Source: Promethearchaeota archaeon (GTDB lineage Archaea > Asgardarchaeota > Lokiarchaeia > Sigyniarchaeales > SOKP01). From it: DNA of 64,000 bases. Location: the NCBI GenBank assembly GCA_016840085.1, contig JAEOTA010000085.1, forward strand, positions 1-64,000, read 5' to 3'. Of the stretch, positions 20,805-31,122 are shown piece after piece; positions within the stretch are counted from its first letter, which is position 1, and each line of letters opens with the position of its first letter. A model generated the notes under the pieces. That model saw nothing but the letters and a program-made list of their open reading frames with translations. It was not told the origin of the DNA and made no database searches. The position numbers and the translations under genes are program-made.

Positions 20805-21827
20805 GTGATGTATATGACTGTAAATTTTTTAGATTTAATGCATATTGAGATTACGGTTCCTGATGCTGAAGAAGCTTATCGAATTCTTCATAATGTTTTT
20901 GGTGCGGAAAAAGTCCAAGAGGAATTCGCAGGTTTTTTGGATGGAGAATATAATAAAGTGATTCATGTTGGTCTTGGTGATGTAGTGCTGCAATTTATCG
21001 AACCCCTAGCAGAAGGAAGCTCTTGGGACATCCAACTGAAAACTAAAGGTCCTGGAGTTCATAATTTGACTTTTGGTGTAGAAAGTGCTGAAGAAACAGC
21101 GAATAAATTGGAAAAATTAGGAGGTATTAAGCCTCTATTTACATTTGATCTAGAATGGGATAAAATGATTCCTTCTCAATTCCTAAAACCTGGAGTTAAG
21201 AAAGTATTTATGATGGATTCCATGGAAAAAATTGGATTTCACTTAGAGTTCGGTGATAATCCTGTGAAAGAGGACATTAATGTATTTCCTCAAACTAAAT
21301 ACGTTACTGGGCATGACGAATTAATTGGGAACGTTTCACCAATGTTACACATTGAACTAGTAACCCCTGATTTAGAGAAAACATATGAGTTCTTACATAA
21401 AGTTTTTGGTTCAGAAAAAGTGGAAATCGAGTTTGCAAATTTTTTAGATACTCCATTTATGCGTATCATGCATGTGAATTTAAGTAATGTTGTATTGCAG
21501 TATTGTCAGCCTATGGTTAAAGTAAAAACAGAAATGGGAAGTTGGTATAACCTTTTAGAAAAAAACGGGGCATACGTACACAACATAACTTTTGTTGTAG
21601 ATGATCTTGATGATATTGTAGAAAAATTCAAAAAAGAGGGAATAAATCCTCTTTTCACGTTTGATCTACAATGGGAAAAGTTAAATGAGAATATTAAATC
21701 TAAGACAAAACCAGTACATATGATGAATACTCTTGAAAAGTTGGGTTTTCATATGGAACTTGGTGAAATAACAACAGACGAAGAACTTGAGGCTTTTTCA
21801 GAATTATTATACATAGATTTAAAGTAA
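20805..21827 (+). CDS. VOC/glyoxalase family protein (methylmalonyl-CoA epimerase-like), internally duplicated
   Basis: Two similar halves, each with MH/LHIE, VVLQ, VHN.TF.V and GFH.E. Confidence 0.8.
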   Translation: MMYMTVNFLDLMHIEITVPDAEEAYRILHNVFGAEKVQEEFAGFLDGEYNKVIHVGLGDVVLQFIEPLAEGSSWDIQLKTKGPGVHNLTFGVESAEETANKLEKLGGIKPLFTFDLEWDKMIPSQFLKPGVKKVFMMDSMEKIGFHLEFGDNPVKEDINVFPQTKYVTGHDELIGNVSPMLHIELVTPDLEKTYEFLHKVFGSEKVEIEFANFLDTPFMRIMHVNLSNVVLQYCQPMVKVKTEMGSWYNLLEKNGAYVHNITFVVDDLDDIVEKFKKEGINPLFTFDLQWEKLNENIKSKTKPVHMMNTLEKLGFHMELGEITTDEELEAFSELLYIDLK

Positions 21828-21883
21828 AAATAGTATATAATAGAGTAGAGCCGTAAACAAGGAGCTCTATTAAAATATAAAAA

Positions 21884-23056
21884 TTAATAACCAATTTTTT
21901 CTAACTTTCGAGCTGCTGCTTGAAGTGTTTCTTCTTTTTTACAAAAACAAAATCTAGTTTGAAATTGCCCGTCTTGAGGATTTGCATAAAAAGAGGAGCC
22001 GGGTACAGTAACTATCCCAATATCTTTTACTAAATGAATAGCTAAATCCATAGATGTTTTAAGATCTTGTCTCTTCATGTATTCTTTACAATTTGTCATC
22101 ATATAATATGCTCCCTTTGGTTTAATTGGTCTGAGATTTGTATTTTTCAAGGCATTAAAAAGAATATCTCTTGCCTTTTGATAGAAATCCTTTAATGATT
22201 GATAATATTCATCTTCTAAAGATAAAGCAAAAGCACCAGCTTCTTGAAGTGGAGCAGGTGCACCAACTGTCAAGAAATCGTGTACTTTTTTGATTTCATT
22301 TGTAATACGTTCACAAGCAATCGCCCATCCAACTCGCCACCCCGTTAAGGAATAGGTTTTAGAGATTGAATTGATAGTTATTGAGTTATCTTGCATCCCA
22401 GATAAAGACGCAATTGAGATATGTTTCTTATTATCATATAATATATGTTCATAAATTTCGTCTGTAATGGCGATTGCATTATAATCTAGACACAAATCTG
22501 CGATAAGTTTTAATTCTTCTTGATTATATACCTTACCAGTGGGATTATTTGGAGTATTTATAATTATTGCTTTTGTTTTTTTATTGAATAACATTTTTAA
22601 GCCTTCGGGTTCCAATGACCAACTGGGAGCTTGCAATTGAATATAACGAGGTTTCGCGCCAGAAAGGAGACAATCTGGTCCATAATTTTCATAAAAAGGC
22701 TCGAAAATGATAATTTCATCTCCTGGATTTATAATTGCTTTCATAGCGGAAATCATCGCTTCTGTTGAACCACATGTTACAGTAATATTTTTATTAGGAT
22801 CTACAAATTTAATTTTATTGTATTTTGAAATTTTATCTACAATAGCCTTTCTTAATGATAAAGCCCCCCATGTAATTGAGTATTGGTTGATATCATCTTT
22901 AATTGCATTTATTGCCGCATTTTTTATTGATTCTGGTGCTGGAAAATCTGGAAATCCTTGTGCTAGATTAATACTTCTAGGGTGTTGATGTGCTATGCGT
23001 GTCATTTCACGTATAACTGATTCAGTAAAAGATTCTGTAATTTTGGAAAGATCCAT
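21884..23056 (-). CDS. class I/II PLP aminotransferase (YbdL/methionine aminotransferase-like)
   Basis: INLAQGFPD, NTPNNPTG, TDEIYE, SISKTYSLTGWRVG. Confidence 0.93.
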   Translation of the reverse strand: MDLSKITESFTESVIREMTRIAHQHPRSINLAQGFPDFPAPESIKNAAINAIKDDINQYSITWGALSLRKAIVDKISKYNKIKFVDPNKNITVTCGSTEAMISAMKAIINPGDEIIIFEPFYENYGPDCLLSGAKPRYIQLQAPSWSLEPEGLKMLFNKKTKAIIINTPNNPTGKVYNQEELKLIADLCLDYNAIAITDEIYEHILYDNKKHISIASLSGMQDNSITINSISKTYSLTGWRVGWAIACERITNEIKKVHDFLTVGAPAPLQEAGAFALSLEDEYYQSLKDFYQKARDILFNALKNTNLRPIKPKGAYYMMTNCKEYMKRQDLKTSMDLAIHLVKDIGIVTVPGSSFYANPQDGQFQTRFCFCKKEETLQAAARKLEKIGY

Positions 23057-23249
23057 AAATGATAAAAAATGAAAAAGTATAAGAATTTGATTAAAAGGAT
23101 TTATCAGTAATAAGAAAAAAGAAAGTTAACTTATTCTTATTAATTTAAATCTCTTAGTATAATTTAATACAATATATTAAATATCAAGTCAATTTTGTAA
23201 TTTAGAATCAAAAATTATTCTAAAAACCATTTGAGTAAGCAAAAGTATT

Positions 23250-23702
23250 ATGCGAAGTGATTTAAAAAGAAAATTGGGAGGTATTTGCCTCATATGTGGG
23301 GGATTATTAATTATAATACCTCTAATAGTTATTATCAGCAATATAATAGTAAATCCGACTATCCCTTGGGCAGATTTAGCAATTACTATCAATCTTTGGT
23401 TTATATTTTTTTGTGTCTTAATATTTATTCTTCCCGCAATTTATTTAATATACACAAGTAGACCATCACCCACAGTAATATATAATGGGCCTGCTCTAGC
23501 TTGGTTCGTTACTATTATTATTTTGACATTAATTTGCATTGTAATTATTACCTTAGCAGGAGGAACAGTAGCTAGGTCTTCTCAGGGTATAGATTTTACA
23601 ACTTTTTTCTATGGAAATTTTGGATACTGCCTTGGATTAGGATTTATCTTTTGTTTTTTAGTTATTTGTTTTGGCTTAATTACTGCTAAGTTAAACCATT
23701 AA
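23250..23702 (+). CDS. hypothetical 4-TM membrane protein
   Basis: Four hydrophobic segments; co-oriented with the next two ORFs. Confidence 0.6.
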   Translation: MRSDLKRKLGGICLICGGLLIIIPLIVIISNIIVNPTIPWADLAITINLWFIFFCVLIFILPAIYLIYTSRPSPTVIYNGPALAWFVTIIILTLICIVIITLAGGTVARSSQGIDFTTFFYGNFGYCLGLGFIFCFLVICFGLITAKLNH

Positions 23703-23723
23703 TTATAATTTTAGAGATTAAAC

Positions 23724-24140
23724 ATGATAGTATTAGCAAGAAATAAAGAAGAAGTAGGAATATCTGCTATCGATTTCTTTAGTTGTACTCATATAGTTCT
23801 TGGATACTTAATACTTTTGACTAATTATACTATTTTAAATTTAAGTTTTGAAATTTCATTTGATTATTTTCTTTTATTGCTAAATATAATAGCATCATTA
23901 AGTTGGGAACTTTTAGAAAATTTTGTTCTTTACAAATTTAAAATAAAATATCGACATAGAAGGGACAGTAAAATAAATGTTTTTATGGATATGGTTTTTT
24001 TCTTTTTTGGGGGTTTGATTGGAATGTATATTATTCACCAAAATCTTACTTTCTTTATAATTTGCACATTTATAATTATTGGTGGTTTTCTTTTAATTAC
24101 GGATATTTATGCCTTTGTATTATTAAAAACCAAAAAGTAA
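23724..24140 (+). CDS. membrane protein, DUF2585-like
   Basis: D.FS.TH...G, WELLEN and DS.IN...D motifs in TM context. Confidence 0.6.
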   Translation: MIVLARNKEEVGISAIDFFSCTHIVLGYLILLTNYTILNLSFEISFDYFLLLLNIIASLSWELLENFVLYKFKIKYRHRRDSKINVFMDMVFFFFGGLIGMYIIHQNLTFFIICTFIIIGGFLLITDIYAFVLLKTKK

Positions 24141-24199
24141 AAAAATCATTGGAAGAATAGAAATCTTTTTTATTTGATTTTTAATTCACGTTAGTTATA

Positions 24200-24436
24200 A
24201 TGATTGATTCTGAAATTAAACACTTGAAAAGAAGAAAAATAAAAAGAATTTTATTATGGATTCTAGTCGGAGCAATCGTTGTAACATTTATAGTAGCAAT
24301 AGTATTAACGATTTTGAGTTTTGAAGTAGATACCCAGTGACCTTCAGCATGTATGATAACTGGTTCTTTATTACAAAAAGAAATATGCCCGTTCGAGAAT
24401 TTAAATTTTATAAAAAATATCATAAAAGGTACATAA
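24200..24436 (+). CDS. putative 78-aa single-pass membrane selenoprotein (UGA47=Sec)
   Basis: MIDSEIKHLKRRKIKRILLWILVGAIVVTFIVAIVLTILSFEVDTQ-TGA(24338-40)-PSACMITGSLLQKEICPFENLNFIKNIIKGT-TAA; SECIS-like hairpin begins 10 nt after the stop. Confidence 0.7.
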
Positions 24437-24445
24437 TTCGATTAT

Positions 24446-24514
24446 AACCGAATTGAATGACTTTTGCAAAGAAAAGATAGTTGTAAAAGGACTACCCCTG
24501 CAAGGGTTTCGGTT
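24446..24514 (+). promoter_or_regulatory. eukaryote-type SECIS element
   Basis: Helix I AACCGAA/TTCGGTT; AUGA(24457-60)...GA(24490-91) core; helix II CTTTTGCAA/TTGTAAAAG; apical AAAA 11 nt after AUGA. Confidence 0.75.
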
Positions 24515-24559
24515 TTTTATTTTAATTTATTTCAAAGAAGGAAAGTAATAGTTTTATTA

Positions 24560-25012
24560 TTAGAATCCCCAAGAGATTTTTTGTATTGGATTCATTTGCA
24601 TAATACGTCGTGTATTTGGATCTGTTGGGCTTAAATCTTCTTGTGCCCACGTTTTATATTGAGGATATTTTTCAATAAGTTGTTTCCACCCTTTCATGAA
24701 TCGTACTGAATGATCTTGGTAATTCAAAATAGAAATTGTCACATTGATAAGAATTCCTCGTAGCCTTAACCATTTTCCATTATTTTCAACATATTCATCA
24801 AATAACAATGAAACTCTACTTCCTTTATTAATATTTAGCAAGCGTTTGCTAGTGTTACGAAGTGTCGTAAAAAAAGTATTACCATCAAAACTATAGCAGA
24901 TTGGTATTATATGTGGAAAGCTATTAGTAGGATCTAGTGTTCAAATCCGTGCTACACGGGATCTGTTTAAAAATTCATTCTCTGATTTAGAGAGTAAAAA
25001 ATCATTTAACAC
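24560..25012 (-). pseudogene. PPOX-class (pyridoxamine 5'-phosphate oxidase family, F420-type) protein with one in-frame TGA; pseudogene or recoded
   Basis: Frame of ORF 24560-24841 extends upstream as FLNRSRVARI-TGA(24941-43)-TLDPTNSFPHIIPICY...SKRLLNI...RVSLLFDEY; start GTG 25012 or TTG 25024. Confidence 0.7.
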
Positions 25013-25163
25013 TGAATTAATCAACTCTTTATATGAAATTTTAAATTGTAAATAAAAATTGATTAAAGAGTTATACTCTTTCTTTTTTATTATTTGCTAT
25101 TTAGTTAATTATTTTCAAATTCTTATGAAAAATTTTAAAAAATCTGTAGACTTAGAGATAAAT

Positions 25164-25316
25164 ATGGTTAATGCTGACTTAATAGTTAATGAAAAAAAGA
25201 TCCCTTTAAAAGACTTTATGCAGGAATTGCTTACAAATATAATTCTAGGTTATGTAAATTCTACTAGAGGAGTACCTGAAAACATTGAAACTATAAATAT
25301 CGAAATTACTCTATAA
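25164..25316 (+). CDS. small protein resembling a stand-alone MobB C-terminal domain
   Basis: LIVNEKKIPLKDFMQELLTNIILGYVNSTRGV matches the L.VNG..IPL..FV......I.G.V.SL.G pattern. Confidence 0.55.
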   Translation: MVNADLIVNEKKIPLKDFMQELLTNIILGYVNSTRGVPENIETINIEITL

Positions 25317-25395
25317 ATTTCTTACTTTTTATTTTTATTTTATTTTAAAACATTAAAGTGAAAAAAAAGGAATATATTTAAAAATATTTATTTAA

Positions 25396-26721
25396 TTATC
25401 TGAGTTCTTGAATTGCTTTTTCTTTTGCTGTTCGCTCTTCTTCTGTTAGTTCTGCTTCTCCTTTTTTTACGAAAAACATGAATATCAAGGCAATAATGAA
25501 GAAAAATGAGCTTACTAAAAATAATGTATAATTACCGAGTAAATCTATTAATGAGCCCACCAAAAATGGTCCTAATATTGCTGCCATAAAACTAAAGAAA
25601 TAATATACACCTGTATACGTTCCTATTTTTTTGCTTGTAGGAGCCATTTCCCATACTATTACTATTGAATTGATATTAATAAATCCCCATCCAACACCAG
25701 CGACAAATAAAATTATTGTAATCACAGTGACTGTTTGGATTAAAAAACCAATAATTAGAGCACCAATAAAAAGGATTAATCCAATTTTTATTGTCAATCT
25801 TCTACCTATTTTTGAACCTAATATACCTGCTGGAACTGCTGATAGAAGAAAAGCAACTGCTACATACAATAACATAAAACCAGCATCCCCTCGTTCTAGA
25901 CCTAAAACATCCATCCCATAAACTGTGTAAAGAGCTTCTAATGCTTGATATCCTACGAACCATGCAAAAATTGCTAGTAAAATAAATAATGTAGACTTAT
26001 CTTCTTCTGCCAGAATATCCTTAAAACTTTCTACTAAATTGGGTCTTTCTTTTTTATCTTTTATTTTAAGTCCTTCTTGTTCTTCCCTTTCTAAAATTAG
26101 TTTGTAACTATAAGAATCCTTCTCTCTTATTGTTAATAGTAAGATAATTAAAGACACAACCATAATTATCGCAACTGCTAAAAATGCTAAAAATAAACTA
26201 ATTGGAACGAGAAATTTATTAAAAATATAAGCAATCAAGGCTCCAACTCCACCCATAAAGTTAATAGTTGCATTTCCTTTGCTTCTATTAACGGGTTCTA
26301 CAAAATCTGGCATAAGAGCAACAGCTTGCGATCTATAAGAAGCCATGCTTACATTAAAGAAGAACATCCACAAAAGTAAAAGCCATAGAGGATCCTGGGA
26401 TGAATTTATAGTTGAAATCATAACAAAAAATATCGCCGCAAGAGGTATCCCAATAATTAAATAGGGCATTCGCCGACCGAGCCTAGTTCGCGTATTATCT
26501 GAGACTGTACCCATAATGGGTTGGATACAAACTCCAATGATATTATCCATTGCCATCCATGCTCCTACAAGAGCATAAGAGCCTAAATACTCAAATAGTG
26601 TAATATTAACTTGAGTATTGAACATTGACCAAGCTATACCAGTCGTAAAGAACGCTAACCCAATTAAAGTTGTTTGTGATAAATTAAATTTTTGTTTAGA
26701 TTCTGACATAATTTTAACCAA
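25396..26721 (-). CDS. MFS sugar transporter (MalA/SLC45-like)
   Basis: 12 TMs; QPIMG..SDNTRTRLGRRMPY; GTYTGVYY. Confidence 0.9.
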   Translation of the reverse strand: MVKIMSESKQKFNLSQTTLIGLAFFTTGIAWSMFNTQVNITLFEYLGSYALVGAWMAMDNIIGVCIQPIMGTVSDNTRTRLGRRMPYLIIGIPLAAIFFVMISTINSSQDPLWLLLLWMFFFNVSMASYRSQAVALMPDFVEPVNRSKGNATINFMGGVGALIAYIFNKFLVPISLFLAFLAVAIIMVVSLIILLLTIREKDSYSYKLILEREEQEGLKIKDKKERPNLVESFKDILAEEDKSTLFILLAIFAWFVGYQALEALYTVYGMDVLGLERGDAGFMLLYVAVAFLLSAVPAGILGSKIGRRLTIKIGLILFIGALIIGFLIQTVTVITIILFVAGVGWGFININSIVIVWEMAPTSKKIGTYTGVYYFFSFMAAILGPFLVGSLIDLLGNYTLFLVSSFFFIIALIFMFFVKKGEAELTEEERTAKEKAIQELR

Positions 26722-26907
26722 TTTTTTATAAATAATTGATTATTTATTAAATCTTTAAATATTTAAAAGATCTTTCCAAAATAATTTTTATTTGCATCAA
26801 AAAAAGATTGAAACTAAGGAATGGTTAAAAATTTTTTTACTTATATATTTGTAAGAAATTAATAGAATTCAATATTTACCTATCTAAAATTATGTTTTTT
26901 CAATATC

Positions 26908-27792
26908 ATGAAATTAGAACCTGAATGCATAGGATGTTTGTTTGATCAAATTTTAAATGCATTGAAATTACTTAAACCAGATATCTCTCGCGAAAACGTT
27001 ATATTTGCCCAAAAAAAGTTCATAAATTCTTTAATGGATATAGACATAGAAAATAAAGCTGCTCCAATTTTAGGAAAAGTTGTTTATTCTATAGTAGCAG
27101 ATGTATTAGGGGAACAAGATCCATATCATTCTTTAAAACAAAAATACAATCGTCTTGCATTGCAATATTATGATGATGTCATGAAAATTATTGAGAGTTC
27201 AGAAGATCCATTGTTTGAAGCGATATTCGTGGCAGCTCTTGGAAATACTATTGATTTTGCTAGCCAACACGAAATAAATCTTATATCTGATATTAAAAAC
27301 TTTAAAAAAGAAGATTTATTCATCAATGATTATACTAAATTCAAGCAATCCCTTGATAAAACTAATCATCTTTTGATAATTGGAGATAATTCTGGAGAAA
27401 TCGTATTTGATAAATTATTAATTACAACTATTAAGAAATTTTATCCAAAATTGCAAATAATATATTCAGTTAGAGGGGCACCAGTCGTAAATGATGCAAC
27501 AATAGAAGATGCAAGATATATTGGTTTAACAGATTTAGTTCAAGTTGTAGAATCAGGTCCTATTCCGGGAGTAGATATAACAACATCTCCAAAAGAATTC
27601 AAAAAGCATTTTTATCAAAAAGGAGGTATTATTTTATCAAAAGGACAGGGAAATTTTGAATGTCTTTATGGAATGGAAATTCCAGATAAAGATTTATATT
27701 ATTTATTAAAAGTAAAATGTAAATTAATGGAACGAATTTTTAATGCCAAGATTGGTGATTTAATTTTTAAAAAGAAAGTTAAGAATTTTTGA
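26908..27792 (+). CDS. ARMT1/DUF89 damage-control phosphatase
   Basis: ECIGC, DPY..LK, GNTIDF, DNSGEIVFD, NDAT..DA, SKGQGNFE. Confidence 0.9.
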   Translation: MKLEPECIGCLFDQILNALKLLKPDISRENVIFAQKKFINSLMDIDIENKAAPILGKVVYSIVADVLGEQDPYHSLKQKYNRLALQYYDDVMKIIESSEDPLFEAIFVAALGNTIDFASQHEINLISDIKNFKKEDLFINDYTKFKQSLDKTNHLLIIGDNSGEIVFDKLLITTIKKFYPKLQIIYSVRGAPVVNDATIEDARYIGLTDLVQVVESGPIPGVDITTSPKEFKKHFYQKGGIILSKGQGNFECLYGMEIPDKDLYYLLKVKCKLMERIFNAKIGDLIFKKKVKNF

Positions 27793-28647
27793 TTATGATT
27801 TTTCTAATATTTCTCTTATTTTTTTAACTGTTTCTTTGAATGCCTTAGCAGATTTACTTTCAGGGTACTTTAAAATAAAAGGTAAGCCTTGATCCCCTTG
27901 CTGACTCACTTCCGTTTCAAAGGGAATTTTGCCTAACAATTGAACCTTGAAATCAGTTGCTGCTTTCTCTGCTCCACCAGGGGGATATAAATCGATATAC
28001 TCTCCACAATGCGGACAATTAAAGCCTGACATATTTTCAATTATACCAAGAACTTTCCTTTCCATTACCATTGCCATTTTTATTGTCTTTCGGGCATCCA
28101 TTAAGGCTACTTCTTGTGGAGTAGTTATAACAACGACATTCTCATCAGGTATAAGTTGTAAAATATCTAAGGTCTCATCAGAAGTTCCTGGAGGTAAATC
28201 ACATATCAAATAATCAAGTTCACCCCAAATTGCATCGCCAAGAAACTGTCTTACTGCACTCATCTTCATAGGTCCTCTCCAAATCACGGGATCATCTGAA
28301 GAAAGGGTTAAAAAAGCCATACTCATTACTTTTAGTCTCAAAGGACCATCAATAGGATAAAACCTTTTAGCTTCAGCATCAACTTTTGGTTTTAATTCAG
28401 GATCAACTCCTAGCATTTTAATAACATTGGGTCCGGTAATATCAACATCAAGAATTCCTACCCTTAGTCCTATACTTGCTAAACTCATAGCTAAGTTAAC
28501 TGCTACAGTTGTTTTTCCAACTCCTCCTTTTCCTGAAATTATTACTATTTTATGTTTTATCTGCTCCATATTTTTTTTTATGTTCTTTTCTCTCTCATCT
28601 ACCATCATTTCTTTTAAGTTGATATCTGGTACGTTTTCTTCTGACAT
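27793..28647 (-). CDS. Mrp/NBP35 Fe-S cluster carrier ATPase
   Basis: SGKGGVGKT, WRGP, DLPPGTSD, TTPQ, ENMS..CPHC. Confidence 0.95.
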   Translation of the reverse strand: MSEENVPDINLKEMMVDEREKNIKKNMEQIKHKIVIISGKGGVGKTTVAVNLAMSLASIGLRVGILDVDITGPNVIKMLGVDPELKPKVDAEAKRFYPIDGPLRLKVMSMAFLTLSSDDPVIWRGPMKMSAVRQFLGDAIWGELDYLICDLPPGTSDETLDILQLIPDENVVVITTPQEVALMDARKTIKMAMVMERKVLGIIENMSGFNCPHCGEYIDLYPPGGAEKAATDFKVQLLGKIPFETEVSQQGDQGLPFILKYPESKSAKAFKETVKKIREILEKS

Positions 28648-28888
28648 CTTTCTAACTCACATTTTTTGAATTTTATAGGTTTTTTCAATACTTCTTATTT
28701 AAGATATCATACTTATGATTTGTAATAATTCTTATGATAATATTTTATGAAAATTTCCCTAATTTCAGTTATATTATAATTCTTATCATTAGAAATTTAT
28801 TTTAAATAAACTAAAGAAATTAATAAATTCTATAATTATTATTCAATACTGAAAAGAGAAGAAAAATTAATTTTCAAGGTGTAAGTGA

Positions 28889-29374
28889 ATTCCCGTTAGT
28901 AACTTCATGGAGCTTTACAAGTTTTTACCTAAAACAAATTGCAAGGAATGTGGAAAACCCACATGTATGGCATTTGCATTAGATTTACTACAAGGTAAAG
29001 TAAAGATTGATGATTGTCCTCCACTTTTAGAACCAAAATATAAGAAATATTATGATACCTTAAAAGAAATGCTAGGTGCTGAGGAGGGTAAAGAAAAAGA
29101 ATTAAGAATAGATGTAGATACTGATTTATGCGATGGATGCGGAATCTGTGTTACAGTTTGTCCTGTGAATGCAAGATATTGTCCTCCCACTCTAAGTGGA
29201 AAGGCACCAGATTATCCTCCTGAAAAACATCAATTATTTCAGATCAAAGAAGGTAAATGCGAATTATTAAGTATAGAACATTGTAGGAGAATAGAAGCAG
29301 AAGGAAGAGAAAGAGAGTGTCGTGTATGTGAAACGTATTGTCCTCGGGATGCTGTAAAAATTGATTATGTATAA
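28889..29374 (+). CDS. Fe-S protein: CdhE-like N-terminal Fe-S domain + 2x[4Fe-4S] ferredoxin (Fwd-associated)
   Basis: LPKTNCKECG.PTCMAFA...CP; CDGCGICVTVCP and C..CETYCP; start is ATT 28889 after AAGGTG, or ATG 28907. Confidence 0.8.
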   Translation: MPVSNFMELYKFLPKTNCKECGKPTCMAFALDLLQGKVKIDDCPPLLEPKYKKYYDTLKEMLGAEEGKEKELRIDVDTDLCDGCGICVTVCPVNARYCPPTLSGKAPDYPPEKHQLFQIKEGKCELLSIEHCRRIEAEGRERECRVCETYCPRDAVKIDYV

Positions 29375-29416
29375 AAATAATTTAGAAATTTAATTTTTAA
29401 GTTAGAGGTAAAATTT

Positions 29417-30715
29417 ATGAAAAGAATACCTTGTTCAGGCTGCTCTTTATTATGCGACGATATAATTATTAAAAGCGATGGAATTTTTATTGATGAGGTT
29501 GTAGGGGCATGTTTAAAAGGGAAAGAAAGGTTTGACCAAGTCACCGCAAAAAATCGTATTTTATCGCCTATGATTCGTAAAAATGGGAAATTAGTAAAGA
29601 GTTCTTGGGATGATGCAATCAGTAAAACAGTTGAAATTATTAGTCAGTCATCCAATCCTTTATTGTATGGTTTTTCAACAAGTAGTTGTGAGGCACAATT
29701 TAAAGGAATTAAGTTGGCAAAGCTAATAAATGGCTTTATAGATTCAAATTCTACTATATGTCAAGGAAAAGTATTAAATACTTCAAAACAAACAGGGATT
29801 ACATTAACAACAATTACCGAAGTCATAAATAAAGCGGATTTATTAATATTATGGGGAGCAAATGCAGCAGCATCTATTCCTCGCTTATTAAATAAGGTTC
29901 TTTTTTCAAGGGGAAAATTTAGGATGACGGGGCGTGAAATAAAAACGTTAATAGTATTGGATCCAATGAAAACGGCTTCTTTTGGAGTTATGGGTGTCAG
30001 GGATATTGCTTTAAATATCGAACCAGAAAAAGATATTGAACTAATTCAGGCTTTAAAGGAAGAATGTTGCACTGAAAAAAGTATTCCTGAAAGTGGGATA
30101 GCAGGTATAGATGCTAATGATTTAAAAAGATTATTACTTCATTTAACTGGAACTGAATATGGAGTTATTTTTATAGGGCAAGGTTTATTAAAACCTCAAT
30201 CAGGTTCTAATGTTATACAGGAATTATTAGAACTGGTTCAAATGATAAATGAAAAACAACAAAAAGGTCGTATTTCAGTCATATTGGTTGGAGGGCACTA
30301 TAATATGATAGGATTTGAACACGTTGCATTATCAAGTTATGGGAAAAATAGTAGTTTGCAATTTGTTAATAATCAACTAGCAGAAACCACCGATACTATT
30401 GTATTAAAAGTTGATAATGAAGATTTTGACAGTTCTTTAATTGTAGGAACTGATCCTATTTCACACTTGCCAATTCAATTAAGTAAAAAATTAGCCGCAA
30501 AACCTTTAATATTGATTGATAATAAAAAATCGGCTACTTCTCAAATAGCTGATGTAATATTACCTTCAGCAATTACGGGTATAGAATGTGCGGGATTAGC
30601 TTATAGATTAGATCATGTTCCAATTGAATTACAAAAAATAATAAATCCACCAAGCAGTGTCAAGACTGACGAAGAGATATTGGACCTGCTATTAGAAAAA
30701 CTAAAAAACTCATAA
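29417..30715 (+). CDS. fwdB: formylmethanofuran dehydrogenase subunit B-like (divergent)
   Basis: CSGCSLLCDD...C..G, GHYN, GIE..G.AYRLD.VP. Confidence 0.85.
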   Translation: MKRIPCSGCSLLCDDIIIKSDGIFIDEVVGACLKGKERFDQVTAKNRILSPMIRKNGKLVKSSWDDAISKTVEIISQSSNPLLYGFSTSSCEAQFKGIKLAKLINGFIDSNSTICQGKVLNTSKQTGITLTTITEVINKADLLILWGANAAASIPRLLNKVLFSRGKFRMTGREIKTLIVLDPMKTASFGVMGVRDIALNIEPEKDIELIQALKEECCTEKSIPESGIAGIDANDLKRLLLHLTGTEYGVIFIGQGLLKPQSGSNVIQELLELVQMINEKQQKGRISVILVGGHYNMIGFEHVALSSYGKNSSLQFVNNQLAETTDTIVLKVDNEDFDSSLIVGTDPISHLPIQLSKKLAAKPLILIDNKKSATSQIADVILPSAITGIECAGLAYRLDHVPIELQKIINPPSSVKTDEEILDLLLEKLKNS

Positions 30716-30736
30716 GAGGCGGATATTTAGAAGAAA

Positions 30737-31105
30737 ATGTTGGTAAACACAGTAAGAATGGTTGATTATGATCAATTAAAGGAATTTACGATAGGAGATA
30801 ATAACTCACTTAAAGAAAATTTGGCAATAGGCTTCTTTAATCCAGAAGATATGAAAAAACTAAAATTAACAGAGAAATCAAGAGCAAAATTGAGTAGCAA
30901 ATTTGGTAATGTTATAGTAAATGTTAAACAAGAAAAAGATGTCCCTAAAGGGTTAATTCTAATACCTGTATCAATTTGGGCTAATCAAATAACTGGTGTA
31001 GAAAATGAAGAACTAATTTATAAGAATATTGAAGTAAACGTGGTATCAACCCAAGAACCTGTATTAAGTTTTGAAGATATTATTATTTCAATTAAAGGAA
31101 ATTAA
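30737..31105 (+). CDS. fwdD: formylmethanofuran dehydrogenase subunit D-like
   Basis: NPEDM..L...SKFGNVIV...PKG.I.IP..IWAN molybdopterin-dinucleotide-binding fold; operon position. Confidence 0.8.
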   Translation: MLVNTVRMVDYDQLKEFTIGDNNSLKENLAIGFFNPEDMKKLKLTEKSRAKLSSKFGNVIVNVKQEKDVPKGLILIPVSIWANQITGVENEELIYKNIEVNVVSTQEPVLSFEDIIISIKGN

Positions 31106-31122
31106 ATATACTAAGATTAGAA

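Noticed and set aside
21839-21871. Hairpin AATAGAGT...GCTCTATT with a purine internal loop, vaguely like an archaeal SECIS
   Set aside because: Imperfect match and neither flanking gene has an in-frame UGA; more likely a terminator between convergent genes.
24181-24423. 80-aa minus-strand ORF in the track
   Set aside because: Antisense shadow of the UGA-containing + strand ORF, which has a clear TM helix and a SECIS.
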